From positions 1,805,487 through 1,869,486 of the forward strand of contig JBNZDD010013687.1 in the NCBI GenBank assembly GCA_050575255.1: DNA of 64,000 nt, given 5' to 3'. The DNA is from Harriotta raleighana. Its lineage: Eukaryota. This document shows, piece by piece, positions 34,001 to 47,644 of this stretch (the first letter of the stretch is position 1; every line of letters begins with the position of its first letter). The notes beneath the pieces were generated by a model. That model saw nothing but the letters and a program-made list of their open reading frames with translations, was not told the DNA's origin and ran no database searches. A program made the translations under genes and the position numbers.

Positions 34001-36239
34001 TTCTGTAGGTTGAATAAGTTGCGTCTGAATGGGGCGTCTGAGGGAGTTCCATTTAAATCCTGTATTATCAGGAACATTTAAAAATAATTAGTGTTGTTAT
34101 AGAACACTAAGAGACCCTTGGAGGATATATGAGTGACCCATTCTTTATTAGCTCTAAAATTACATGTTACGCATACTCTATTGGTCCACCTCTTTGAGCA
34201 ATTCGAATTTTACTTCAATGTTAATTGTGTCCCATCAGAAGAATGCAATGAATCTCACATTTGGCGTTCAACAACTCAAAGTGGTATTGCCAAATGGATA
34301 CAGTGAAAATACATTGTCTTTCTCATGTTTGTAAGTACTGTATTCATATCATTTTGGCTTTGTTTGCATCATCCATCTTCTTAGCAAAAAAAAGGGGATG
34401 TTGCTCAATGTGTTGCATTTATATTTTTATGACAGTGACCTAGGATTGATGTTTGTTACATGACACCACCGACACACTGCATCAATATAAATCAAGAGAT
34501 TTCCCCACAACCAAGGCAATGAGAGTGGCATGTTGTGCAACATTTTCACAATGTACATATCACAAACACACTGCACAACATCACCTAACGCTTATTGTGT
34601 GATGTAGATTTGTCTCGTTCTCTGAGGTCGCAGACCTCGCCTCACTCCTTTATCCTGTCAGTAAAATTCAGCAGAGTCAGTGGATGATGAGAACCCAAAA
34701 GCAGATCCTTTACTGCACCCGCGGTATATTGGCATTTGCAGAAAGGTGACAGAACTGTCAGGGAGCAGACAGAGCCCTTCACAAATCTCTTGCAGATCCC
34801 ACCTGAGTGTTAAGGCTGAGGAACCTCCCTTAGGGTCTGGCTAAATATCCCAAATGTAGATGGATGTGAGAAACTAGCTTTGGCAATGGGAGGAAATTGA
34901 GCAAAGGAAATTCTGAGGGAAATTTCAACACAGGTGAAGAAGGTATATATCCTCTCAGCAAATTCTGCTGAACCTTAAATGACCAGACAAGGAGCTAAGA
35001 AGTGAAGATGGGTTATCTAAGTATAGCATAAAGCATAAAAGTGAACTGTGTTATAATGTGATTCCCTGGGTTGAATACTTCTGAGGACATGTTATAAACA
35101 AAGTGTTAACAAACAACAGGCTTGTCAGGTCACTGCATATATGCATGCAACACAAGGTAAGGGACATCAGCGGTGGTCTGACAACTTTGTAGTTGGCTGG
35201 CTGCATTTTAGCACAGGAAGCCAGCTAGCCAGTGTCACAAACTTAGTGCACTAAGTTTTTGCTTACAACATTGGTATATTGGTCACCAGTAACATAAACA
35301 AGTGCCCCACTATGTAAGAGGGGCTTGTGGTGGGAAGTGCTATCACAGTGGTTCCCCTTTACCTGGGCGGGTGTTCTGGTAACAGTGTTTTTCTTCAGCT
35401 TTACTCTCTTGATTTGTAATATCCATCAAACTCCCCAATTTTGTTATAGTCATCCCAGCTGTTATCCTATATAGTCCACATCCTTAAAGTACAAATAAAT
35501 CAAACTAGTTATGGCAAGTGACGTGCAATAAAATACTTTTGCTCCATGACCTTTAACTTGTGCAATTCCATATGTATTGCATCATGACACAAAAGACTGT
35601 GTTCAACTGATGTTCAAATGTATGGAGCTGTAATACAGGATTATAAAAAGGCATGTTTGATGTGCACTCGCTTTCATTCTTACGAATTCCAAATGAACAT
35701 TTTATTGAATTTCCAATTTATAGTGCACACACTCAGTGCCAAATACCAGGACAGGAAAAAGATGTTCTTTCCCAGGATATCTATCGTATACGCACTTGGG
35801 TTCCCAGATTTTCAGTGAGACCCGAAAAAACTGACATGAAATGTCTCGTTAAAGCAAGCGAGGCAACAGTAAAAGGATTGCTTGGGGGGGTTAAAGAATG
35901 AAACAATATTTTTATGAAGAAGTGTTTGACAAATATATTTTGCTCACGTACAAATATGCAATGAAGTTATATTAAAATGTCTCATTGCATCATTTGAACA
36001 TGAAGAGTGTGAGTGAATCTCTGCTGTTTCCTCATAAGCCTTAAAATAAAATTTCCTCATGAAAACAGCGACCTCTTTAGAACTGTTGAAAATAAATTAA
36101 GAAGTAAGCTTCAGGATCACTTTGCTGGCTGCATTTTAACTATAGCACAATGCAATGAGAACTCATTAATTGAGTGCTTGGAAGAATGTATACCTTAGGT
36201 GGTAATTAATGATGCTGAAGATGGAAAGATCTAGGGTTG

Positions 36240-36790
36240 TGTATCAATAGATATGGGAATGCAAATGAAAACTGCCATTTAAAAAAAACACAACTTGCAT
36301 TGGGTTTTGAGTCCTTTAATAGAAAAGTGTATTCACATTTACACAGAATGTTGGTTAGGTTGAAGTATTGTGTGTGGCGCATATTGTAAAGAAAAGACAT
36401 CTGTGCCTTAGACAGGACGTTGGAGAGGTTCCCAAGGATTGTACCAAGAAAGGTGTTAAAATTATGAGAATGGAAGGTAAAAAAAAAAAAAATCTCGCTG
36501 CCTGCTAAATTGATCACTAGGATTATCACTCGCAGAATTAAAGAGGCGGTTAGAAGAAACATTTTCATTGAGTGGGCCGTTAGAACAGGGATTGCTTCGT
36601 CACCAGAAGCTATTGAGGCTGAGACGATAACATTTAAAAAGAAATTGGATGAACATTTGATGGAAGAACGATCTAAAATGGTACAGGAAAAGAGCAGGGA
36701 ATTGGCATCTGAGTGGTTGGCTACAGTAGTTGGCATCAGCATCTGTTTAATGGACCGAATGGATTCCTTCTGGGTTGTAAATTCTACGAT
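36240..36790 (+). mobile_element. Decayed CR1 LINE ORF2 C-terminus and 3' UTR
   Basis: ORF 36510-36794 contains RRNIFIEWAVRT...EAIEAETITFKKKLDEHL, resembling the CR1 ORF2 end (RKNFFTQRVV..W...AVEA.....FKRKLD). The 3' UTR reads atggaccgaatgg..tccttct...tgtaaattcta. Confidence 0.8.
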
Positions 36791-37921
36791 GTAGGCAGTG
36801 GAAATTCACCACACTTGGCCCTTGTCTCCACAATCTGCTCACAATCTCTGAACAATATTTCAGTCAGTAATTTATTAATATGCACCATACAACTGAGCTG
36901 GGGAGCATTGCTCCTCCCATTGCAAAAGGAATACCTATATATAAAAGAAATTAAAGGTGTTCATAAAATGAAACGGGAATACAAAATATGGCGTTTCTTT
37001 AATTAAGTTGGTGTAGACTCAGTGTTATGAAGCAGTCCATTGTATAATACAGAAGTCTATAATTCACAAAACTGTGTTAGATCAAAAGGTGTGATATTGG
37101 TTGGTTACATAAAACTTTCAACATGTTAATTATCACATCGTCTAATAACAATATCTCATTGAATGCATTAGTGGTGATATCGTTTCGAATCCATAATATG
37201 AGGTTTTGGAAAAAGTCAAACTCAACAAATTTAACACAGTGAAGTCCCAGAAAAAACTCTCCCATTTGTTTGATTGTGTCCTACAAATAAACCAAAGCCA
37301 CTTTGGCTTTCACATGTAGCTTTGATTTTATGTCAGGGTTATATCATCTTAGCTTTGTCTTATCAGCTGTGGTAAGATGGGTTTCCTCACTTATGTGGTT
37401 ATAAGATGATAATGTCAGTCAGTGAGCCTCACACCCTTTCTTGTGTTTGTCCAGTCAAGGAAATGTAGAGTTTTCTTGTTGGCATGGACAATGCGGAAAC
37501 ATCCAGACTCTGAGTACGAGGTTTTGCATGCAAACAATCCTATATCCTTTTTCCGGCTGACAAGTTCCTTCCTCTATGCTGGGAACAAATTTACTGTTCA
37601 ATTTTCCTGAGTTATTTAAGCATGCTCCTTAGAAAATCTCTGGGGAAAAAAAGTTATCTCCTGAAATTAATTCTGTCTTTTCTCATTTTCATGGCAGACT
37701 TTAGATAGAGAGTAAACGTAATTGGTAATAATTTTGTAGATTGTCCCTGTAAAGAATATATGTTAGGTTTACAAAAAATGCAATTGACTGAGCATTTAAA
37801 ATAATTTATTTCCCTCTGCCTTTGTAAGAAAGATGAGTTTCTGCTCAATATTCAGCAATCTGGAAATCACCTGCCAAAAAGAAACTTTGTTACATTCTAA
37901 GTGGATTTTTCAGGAACCTAC

Positions 37922-38215
37922 TTATTATAATAATATTAATTAATAATAATAATCCTTACTAATAATCCTTGCCAATAATCCTTAATATAGTGCATTATGT
38001 CAGGAGGATGACTCAAAGCTTTCACAAGATTTACTGTAATTGTGGTGACTACATTTTGTATAAACAACATACAGTATTCCAAAAACAGCCATGACTGATT
38101 GTTGAGGACAAGACACCAGGAAAAACTCCCTTTTCTTGAATAGTGTAAATACATTTCTTAACATCCAGCTGAACAGTCAGACAAGACCACAGTTTGATGT
38201 GACATCTGGAGTCTG
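37922..38215 (-). mobile_element. Decayed DeuSINE-type element
   Basis: (AAT)n tail, caaagctttcacaag, gacaccaggaaaaactcccttttcttgaatagtg and aacatccagctgaacag. Confidence 0.68.
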
Positions 38216-38939
38216 GCTCCTCTGACATGCACAAGGTCCTAATTGTATTGCATTTGATGCAAGTTGGTAAGAACCATGATCCTGAGGACTGAAGAGTTGG
38301 GCTACCAATGGAGTCTCAGCAGTAAAAAATGCAGTTTGCCATTGAGAACACTGCTTGACAAGATATCCTGTTGCTTGTCCATGTAAGACCATCTTATCCT
38401 TTAGTGCTTTGGCTTGCAGGAATAGTTGAGCTGAGTGGGAAGAGTCCCTGCTCCCAGTGACTGGGACACTTGTGATGTGCCATCCACCTTGATGTTCTTG
38501 AGGTCCAAGTCTGTTGCCGAGCACCAGGCTCACTCAGCACCACCTGCTTAATCCAGTTCCTCATGTGAGGGGCCAACTGTGAAGCCAACTCCACTTCCAG
38601 GGAGCTCAGTGACAGGTCAGTGTAGGTAAGAGTCCTCCATCCCTGCAGCCACTCCTAATTTTATATTGAGTCTGGTTCTGTTAATGTGCGTCATCACTCA
38701 TACAAATGCAATGCACATGCAACACCGCAGCTGAACACAGAGTGTGGCAGTCTGACTGGGGTCGTTGCTCTCCCACTCTCACACCAGACAATCCAATTTT
38801 ACAGCGGGGTGTCTGGAAAATTTCTAAAATGGAAACTCAACACCAAACATCTGTGTCTTTTTAAAAAAAGCCTATTTTGTCCACTTTGTTCTTGTGGAAT
38901 TGGGATGTCGATTGCTCTTGGTGTTATGTTATTGTCTAA

Positions 38940-40080
38940 GAGCTAATGAAGCTTCGCAGCATAGAGCTGTGCAGCCTGTTACAGGCTTTGTCTTATTTTA
39001 CGTCAGCTCCAGCTGACTCCTTGTATGGCGCCAGCAGAGAAGAAACGTCCACCAGGGGATCAAAGTCAGGTTACTTGGCAAACTGTGGCAACTCCACATC
39101 CAGGCAGGGGGCAATGGACCCAAGCCGGGCCTGCAAGACAAAACCTCAGTTCTTCGCTTTAACATGTTTTATCTCCCTTTGTGAACTTGAAGCCTCCTCT
39201 CCTCTGTGCTGGATTGTCTCCTCGAGGTAGCAGTTGGCAATAAAAAAACAAAACTTTATCTTCCGGCAACAATTGACTGCACAGAAACAAGGCCTGCATT
39301 AACCCAGGTCTCATTCATTTCAAATCCACATCTGCAGCCAAGAAGTTCAGCTAGTCTGCGGGCAAGAGTGGGGTCAATGTGCCCCCCTTTTTTTTTGTTG
39401 GCGTTTTGGCCAAATGCTTTGTGCTTATTTGCAAATTCGCTGGGGAATTCGGGGGCACCTGTGAACAGAGCAAACGTAACACACATGCGCACATTAAAAT
39501 TTACCCACCCACAAAGAATTTCAAACGCTGCCACCACTCTTTAAATAATAAAAGAGAGCAGTACACGAAAACAATGGTAAGAACCTGCTCGTGGGTTATG
39601 AGGTCAACTCATTTGTTGAATATTTATGGTATTCAGCAACTCTCTGCTGGATATCCTTTATAATGTAGCCTGCTGGGAAAGGAAAGTTAACACCTTCCTC
39701 ATCTGAAAGCCTTTGTCCGTAATCTCAATGCCATCAAGCAATGAAGAACAGCAAGATACTGAATTTATTGCTCAGTTCAAGTTTTAGCCCCAAGTCTATT
39801 ATGTCTATCTTCTGTTTGGCAATTGAGTCATTTTAATAACATAATGGATTTTCTAAACGGTTTCCCTTTGAAAGGGACTTTGCTGGTTTAAAGTGACCAG
39901 GCTCCCTTGCTTGCCCAGTCACAGCAAACCATTTTCCGCAGACATGCTTCTGAAAGTGCTTGTCACGAAACTCTTACATTCCATCAGCGGTAAACAATCT
40001 CAGCATTGCAGACGTGCAAATAAAACCATGCATTGTGTTTCTGCAAGGTACGGCCTCGGGAACTAATAATGACTCTGTAT
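38940..40080. promoter_or_regulatory. Candidate enhancer/insulator block
   Basis: Raised GC and CpG, CTCF-like CAGGCAGGGGGCA (39101), NFI-like site, AP-1 (39824), TCF (39865), TEAD (39976) and FOX (39990). Confidence 0.4.
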
Positions 40081-41662
40081 TTTCCAAACCCAGGTTCAGA
40101 AAAGGGATTTGTGTCAAGAGATCTGGCAGGCTGCTGGCTAGTGCTAAAGCTTTCGATGTGGAGCTTGCAGTTTGGTCAGGAGTGGATCGATCTGATTTAG
40201 TATTTTATGTTTCACATATGTGATAAATGTCAATTTGTGGCTATAAAAGAGGACTACTGCCTGGTTAAGAAACTTGAGTTAAATATTGAATCAAATTGGC
40301 CTTTTGCAGCTTTCTCCCTCAAAGTTATTACAATGAAAGGAAATAAAGCCACAAGCAGGAACTAAAGATATATTTTACCATGTGTAGAAACAAGCAGAGC
40401 TACATGATCCCATAATATGAAGACATTGGTGAACTTGCTCTGCAGTCGTAACTATATAGTTTGTGTTGATCTGATGTGGTTTCTGGGGGATGGCCTTGCG
40501 TCAATTTGCTTTGTGTTGGCTTATGTGGTTTAACGATGTCTGGTCTGACTACAGTTGATATAAGGCCAACCCTAATATGTCTGACCAATACAAAGGAAAG
40601 GCTTTCAAAATGCTTGTGTGTAAAAGATTTGGGGCAGCCCAGCAGACTTCTCCAGAGGTTTCAAATGTCATTGGAGTACCTGGGGCTCACCCAGATTTTC
40701 AATAACTTTATAAATAAGGCAGTGTTGTCTTCTGGTCACCTCAGCGCTCTAGCTGCTTTTGAGTGGACAAACACAGAGGTCTGCTTCGCTTGTACTGAGC
40801 TCAAACTGAGAGTAATATTGAGCTGGCTGAATAATTCCAGTCTCCGCCTTTGTGTCACTTGACTGCCAAGCAGAAAGTTGAAGAGTGCCTGAAGTTCAAT
40901 CACCCCAATAACATCTACTTACCTGGCCTTTAGCATTCAGCTTTGTCTTGTACAAAAAGCAATTGCTACTCAAATCTCCACCGTTTTTGCTTAGATAATA
41001 AGTAGGTAGGAGTGGGTTATAAGAAGAATGTTCAATCAAGAGAATGCCAAATCTTTCACTGTTGCACTTTGTACCTTTAATTATTTGCTCCAACCTTTTT
41101 AGTTTAAAAAAAATGTTTTAGCTGCAAACACTGAAATATCTGATTTGCCTGAGTATGTCCTTTTGTGTTTTCATTATGATGGTAGAAAATAATTTGCAAC
41201 TATAACATACCTATTATATTACTGATACAAGGACATTACACATCTAACTCTGTGTAGTTAGGAGATGTTTCAAAGTGGTACTGTATAAAGAATTTATTTG
41301 AAAAAAAATTGGATTGAATGATACAATAAGTAATACACTGTACCTTTTAAACATGAAGATGTTACCCTTTTTAAAGTGTGGTATAGTATTTGTGAAATAT
41401 GCTACCTTATTCCAATGAACTCCTTTAAATACGGTCAAGCCACCAGACTTTTCAGCACCCTGCAGCTCCCTCGTCTGTCCAGTTTTAAGTATTACACAAA
41501 GCAAAACAATCCACTATTTATAATTTCTTTGCTCACCTTAACCTGTCAAAATTGTTCTTCAGATGATGCAGTTTCATTATATCCTGAGCATTTACATATA
41601 AAAAATGTCTTGTTTGGAAAAAATGTTTCTTTCAGTCTGAATGTTGTGTCATTGTCTCACCC

Positions 41663-42010
41663 TCTAGGCTGACAATCCAGTGCAATTCTGGGGTACAGTT
41701 ATTTTGTTGGAGTTGCCGTCCTTCAGTTGAGATATTAATCTGAAGTCCATTTTGCCTGTTCAGGTGGACTTTAAAGATCCTGTGGTACTCTATGAAAAGA
41801 GAAAGTAGTTTCTCCTGGTGTCATTGGCCAATAATCTCCCAGATAAAATTGGTCACTCACTTCATGGCTGTTGATGGAACATTACTGTGCATAAATTGGC
41901 TGCTGCGTTTGCTTACAAATACGCACTATAGTCTACAATAAATCCTGTGAAGTATTTTGAGATGTTTTGACAATATTGTAAGATACTATTTCAAATGCAA
42001 ATTATTTCAA
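41663..42010 (+). mobile_element. DeuSINE-type element (Deu domain plus L2-type tail)
   Basis: ctaggctgacaatccagtgca...ttggagttgccgtccttcagttgagatattaa...caggtggactttaaagatcctgtggtact...tctcctggtgtcattggccaat resembles the Deu domain of AmnSINE1/SacSINE1-like elements (recalled consensus). It is followed by the family tail. Confidence 0.8.
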
Positions 42011-45000
42011 ATTATTGTTATATTATTATAGGGGTGAAAAATGTGCTATCTGTGGCAATTATGAACGGGGCTAAATAATCACATCACACACTGCATTTTC
42101 CATCACAAGGACATAAGTAAAATGTTCAATTCCATTTTGAAAAAGTTGCAAATGTAATTTTTAGGTTGGATCAATGTAGACTTTAGAGGAGTATACAGCA
42201 GTGGCATGTTAGCAGCTGAAGCTGGTTGTTAGGTCAATGGTGGAGTAGAATGTTTAGCAGGAATGATATCCATGCCATCAACTAGATTCTCTTTCTGTCT
42301 GTGCTGGACTCTGAGGGTTACAAACTGCAACAACTCCTGTTTTTTTTGAAACTGAACATATCAAATAAGTCTGAGGTCCCAATAGAATAACAGCCAATTG
42401 CTTGATAAGATCACACAAGATCCGAGAGAGGTTTGGATGAAGAAGGCTCTTCGTCTCATTGAAGATGTGATTTGCAGCTGGATAGAATTGCCAGCAGTTG
42501 CCAAAAGCAGTAGATTTTCCCTTGTAGTTAGCCCGGAGGGCACTGTAACTGCAAAATGATGGTTGAAGAAGGAATCGCTGTGAACTTCTTCCCGAGCTAC
42601 TAACAATGTCTTTAGGATCTCCACAAGAGCAAGCCTTCCTTGCGCATACTCAACACCAAAGCTTGCAGTTACACAGCTCCCTTTACTTATCGTATTGGAG
42701 CGCTGTACTCAGCACATTTTCCTGGCAAGATGGCTGAAATTGGGAAGTGGCCCATGGTGAATGTAGCAAGCATATCAGACCCTCCACAATGTAGTGCACT
42801 GCAGGACTTAACTGACTTTGAAACTCACAAAATAATAATTGTTGAGAATCTTTTGACTTTAAACATCACCACAGTACACAGTTTGGATACTTAAAGGAGA
42901 AGGATGGTAGGGTGGGTATTCTGGAAAGCCAAGTTGAAATCACTTAAAACACTGTCTTCGTCCAAACAAATCTTGTGAACTTGTGTGACTTGTCAGGTGG
43001 ACACATGACTCAAATATGGTATCAGTCACTGCAGTCAGTTGTGTTTGTACAAGTGAAAATAATGCTGGAGTTTCGATGTTTCTCTGTGCCCAGACTCTTA
43101 TTACAAAACTCTTTGGCCTGGTCCATACTCTACTTCTCTGAGTAATGTCACATAGTGGAAAGGCACAAAGAACATCGAGAGCAATTTGTGATGAATCTTA
43201 CTTAAATAAAGGAGTACTTCTGAGATTTGTGGGAAAAAATGATTCAGATACAATAACAACGCACGTGGGATTTGAGAAAGGTTGGACTCTCCACATCCAA
43301 AGTCCAGAACAAAACTGCCCAAAATAGAATGAATAGTGACTTGAAGGTGGCAGAGAAGAAGTCAACACCTAGAGGAGATGATAGGACGGGTATACTGGAA
43401 AGGGGAGATAAAGTGAAGGGTCTTCTTCAACTGAAACTTGTGATGTTGTAAGGAGAAAAATAAGGTGTTGTATTATAACACAATCCAGTAGAACCCAGTA
43501 AGAAACTTGCCCTAAAATGCCATGAACTGTATCATCTATTCAAGGTGACGTCTCTCCAATTGCTCCACTACATGCTTCAATCACACATGGACAACTTTGG
43601 TGGCAATGTCACCATATACTAAAGCAAAATAGTCTCTACAAATGATCAGCAATTTATACTGCATAACAACTGCATGACAAATTGTAGCACAGAGGGTCAG
43701 GGGAATAAAAACCTGGCTGATTATTCCAGCAGCCTGTTTCTAATACGGTATCTCTCTCACTGTGTGTTAGCGTTGGCACATATAGCTGTGAAACATCTGT
43801 TTATTAGAATTTAGGAGTAATCGTTGATAGTAATTAACAAATTCTGCACACAGTATAGTATTAATCCCAGATTCCAATGATGGTGAGAGAGAAAATCATT
43901 CTTCAATAGAAAAGAATATTAATAAACCGGTATCCTTTTCAGGATGATAAAATTAATGTTCTTTTTTTAATCTTAGCAAAGTTTGGGGTAATTAAATATA
44001 ATCACAGTAGTAATTAACATTTCAGTGTTTTACTTTGGGACAGGGGACTATAAGCTGATTAAAACATGAAGCACCATCAAGTGTTTTAATCTGCCTGGAG
44101 TCTTCCATCCTAGTCTTCTATTCGAGGATAAAGCATATTGACATGCTCATTATTGCCATTAGCAGAGAACACAATAATATTTTGCTAAATGGCTTATTCA
44201 AAATTCAACCGAATTCTCCTTTGAGCATAAAATGTTCTCCCTTCCTGTTTACCCACACCAGGTCGTCTCTGTCAGTGGCAATGTTGTAAAGTTGAACACA
44301 ATAATGTTTGCTTTCCATGGCTGTGCACTTGACATACATTAATGCCAACTGCTTTTTGCAACTGGATTACTAGTTTTTTGGGGTTATCCTCCCCATTAAT
44401 GCGGTTTTAATCTTTCCCTATGTTTTTTTTTCCGCCCAGAAGTCTCCCGTTTATTGTATTTTATTGACCACCAGCAGATATGCTTAATCTTCCAAATCAT
44501 TATTATTCTGTGGGTTGTATTTTATCTTCTCGTAATAATGCAGTTATTGGTTTTGTTTACTTGGCTTTACAATGAGCCTGTTAAACTCAATACTTTTGTA
44601 AACCTATTACTCAGTCCCCTGCAGTAGTTCTCTTTAACTATCCATCCCTGCATGCTTGATAAGTAAGTCTTTTGGACAGCACGGTGATTACCCATAATGT
44701 CTTCTTTTGCATTTTATTTAGTCTATGTTTTCTGCCGCTAGCATTTGGTTACAATGTTGTTCATTCTGCTCTTGGCTATAGTACTGAATATACGCATAAT
44801 ATAAATTTCCCTCAATCACGTGCCAGCTCATTTCTTCCTCAAAACATCTGAAGGGAAAGTTTATTTTTGCAAGCATTTGCATTGAGCTCTTACAAGAGTG
44901 ACAAGGAAACGTGCCACTGTTACCCAGTCTCACAAACATGTTTGGCTGAAATTAAGGTCCTCTCTGAATCGTGGAATATATTAAGCTGCAAACTGTTAAG

Positions 45001-46109
45001 CATGTCATGATATATAACACAAGGCCATAGTGGATTAGATATGGCCAACAATTATGCATCCTAGGCAGCAATGAACCTTTCCAACTAATTTATGGAAATT
45101 TTATGCACAGAGCCAGCAGCGTGTTAATCTGGTTGAAAGTAAGTGGTGTGGATTTCTAACACTGCCATATTGATGTACCATACATCATGCAGATTACTAA
45201 AAACACTTCAAACTTTTACTTTGCAAGTGATGGATTAAATTCCCCAAGATCATGGAAGATATGGATGGTGTTAGGAGGTTGAACTTATTCATCATCTCAA
45301 TTATTGAAAGTGGTTTCACTAACATCATATTCCCAGATCATATTTCATATTCACATACCCAACTGGCAAAGAAAGCTTAGCTAAAGCAAGGAATACTAAA
45401 AATGTGGAGAGCATTTTTGTTTGATTTATGGCTGGCTAGAGTAAGGTGTCACATTAGCCACTTAATCATTAAAGCTTACTATTCTTAAGCCTGCTATTCC
45501 TTTGTTTTAACATTTGGTCATTCCAGCCATGTGTTTTGCTTTTGTTGACTAATTTTTTACTGTGATCCACAGTGGAGCTACAGGCTACAGCACTTGAGAG
45601 CAAGATCCTGTGAGTATTCCATGCAATGTGACAGTATTCTGTGAAATGCTCCTATGCATCACATATCGGGGAGCAGATTATGCTCAGTGCTGCTACTGTA
45701 TTATGCGTAAAATTGGATCATTCTTTATGTTACAACATCAGGGTTCAGAGTGCACCATTCGCACAGTGTCATGTGCATTATAATAAGAACCACTGCAAGA
45801 AATCAGGTGACACACGTGCTTTGGACAATCATTTGGGACTTTGTCATCAGCAGTGCTCTGGAATACCTCAGATTTACATGGATCTGGAATTAGAGTCTTT
45901 CGATTTCCATAGCTGATTGAATTAATTCAGACAATCCATTCCCATGCACATCACCTTGGAGCTGGCATGGATGGCTTCAAGGAAATCCTACCTGTCTATT
46001 ACATTCCCCACTGAAGACTGATAATGAAAGGCTTCAATATGAGAGGATGCCTGGATTGGGACTGGATAGAAATGATGTCTTGAATTTCACATCTTTTGGT
46101 CGATACTCT

Positions 46110-46513
46110 CTTCTCATGTTAACAGTAATTGAAAAAGTAAACCCAGATCGGTATTTTAGTAATAATACTTGTAATTCCAGGATTTGGAGAGCCCCATTCC
46201 CACACAAATCCCATATGATAATGGTGCTCCCGAAATCCCAGGATTGCAACCCCTGTTTCGGATGCAACAACACAGGATCACAAGAGAACATAGATTGAAA
46301 TTATAAAAAAACAATTTCAGGACAGGACAGATACCATGACACTTGTCTTGACTCCGAAGGTAACTAATTGACAACTGAAACCAGTTGCTAGAGTAGGTAG
46401 TAGAGCTGGGAACATTGGATTCATTTAAAAAGCAGTTTAATGCTATGATGGTGGACACGCTTTCTGGAAGGATGAAATCGGATGAGCCTTCTTCATCCAA
46501 ACTAATCTTGTGA
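46110..46513 (+). mobile_element. CR1 LINE 3' end, interrupted by a small insertion
   Basis: aattgaaaaagtaaacccaga...acaagagaacatagattgaaatt...ggattcatttaaaaagcagtt...ccttcttcatccaaactaatcttgtga aligns with 55220-55522. Confidence 0.72.
46158..46255. mobile_element. Miniature palindromic insertion (hAT-like MITE remnant)
   Basis: Absent from the related CR1 copy. Imperfect inverted repeats ttgtaattccaggattt (46169-46185) and aaatcccaggattgcaa (46233-46249). Confidence 0.5.
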
Positions 46514-47644
46514 TCTAATGCTTTCAGATTATAGACCCTGCCAATTTAATCCAGAGCTAATTGAGCCTAGGAGAGCACTAGAGCAATCTACCCAATTCCA
46601 ACCACCTCACGAATGACACACATGACATATACTACTGCACTGGGACTGTTCTGTGGTGCCAGAATCTGGGTTGAAACTACCCTTCCAGCTGATCAGTTGT
46701 TACAATTGGCCGAGAGAAGAATAAGTGATTCACATTTAACTAAATCTAGGCGCTAGAAATGAAAAACTATTTTGTAAATTGGTACTAAAGATAATATCAG
46801 CTCTGCTGCAAATAAACATGCCCAAAAGGCCAATCTCAGTGGAGTTCTTAAAACAGGCTGTATCAGGTTTTAAGCCAATGTTAAATAATTGTCCTCAGTG
46901 CAGGAAGAGTAGCCATTGCTTCTATTTTATTGTTATTTTCTCCCTTCTGTTAGGTGTTCTCAGCACAAGCATTATTCAATCCTCAGTGAGCATAACCTGC
47001 TCCAGGCTTCGAGCAAAAGCTAATCTCTAACCATTCCCTCTATTGTGTGAGAGAGCAGTCCAGGATAAGTTGCCTGATGAAATTTCCTGTCACTTGTGAG
47101 GAAGCAGCTTCTCTCCTCTCAGGACTACCTCCTGGTAGCCCAAATAAGGTCAAAGAGTTGCTGTGCCGCAAATTGGAGCTGTGAACCCACATCCAGACAC
47201 TCAATGGAGCAGTCTGATTGTACACAATGCACTTAGCGACCAGCCTGCCAGGTCTCATGAATGTTTAACTATATTAATGACATGACTGATGCAACTGAGA
47301 ACCATTTGTGTCAGTCCAGCTGCCATCGGCAACAAGGAATGCGTTGAAACTAATTAAAAAATATAAGACACAACAATCCCTCCCAAGCAACTTTGGACCA
47401 CTCCGCAGATGTACTGGACAAGTGGCTTTGCTGACTGATAACTTAATAGGAATTTTTCCTCAATTCACATAGATCCAGAAAGCTGTAACAATAATTGTAT
47501 CGCAAAAGTATTGAAGTCACAGTCATTTATGTACCTACTAGTGAGTTCCCCTATGTTGGTCTCGGTATGCCCAGAACATAAGCAGAATGTTCTTGTAGGC
47601 CAACCATTTCTCACGGTTTCCAGGTTGTTCTCATGATCCGCCAC

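Noticed and set aside
36206-36742. Longest ORF (178 aa, minus strand)
   Set aside because: It is antisense to a decayed CR1 ORF2 and runs through a homopolymer, with no protein-like features.
38400-38520. Protein-looking minus-strand peptide TDLDLKNIKVDGTSQ
   Set aside because: Bounded by stops, with no credible splice acceptor and no recognised homology.
41451-41470. REST/RE1 site
   Set aside because: Only the left half TTCAGCACC matches, and the GGACAG half is missing.
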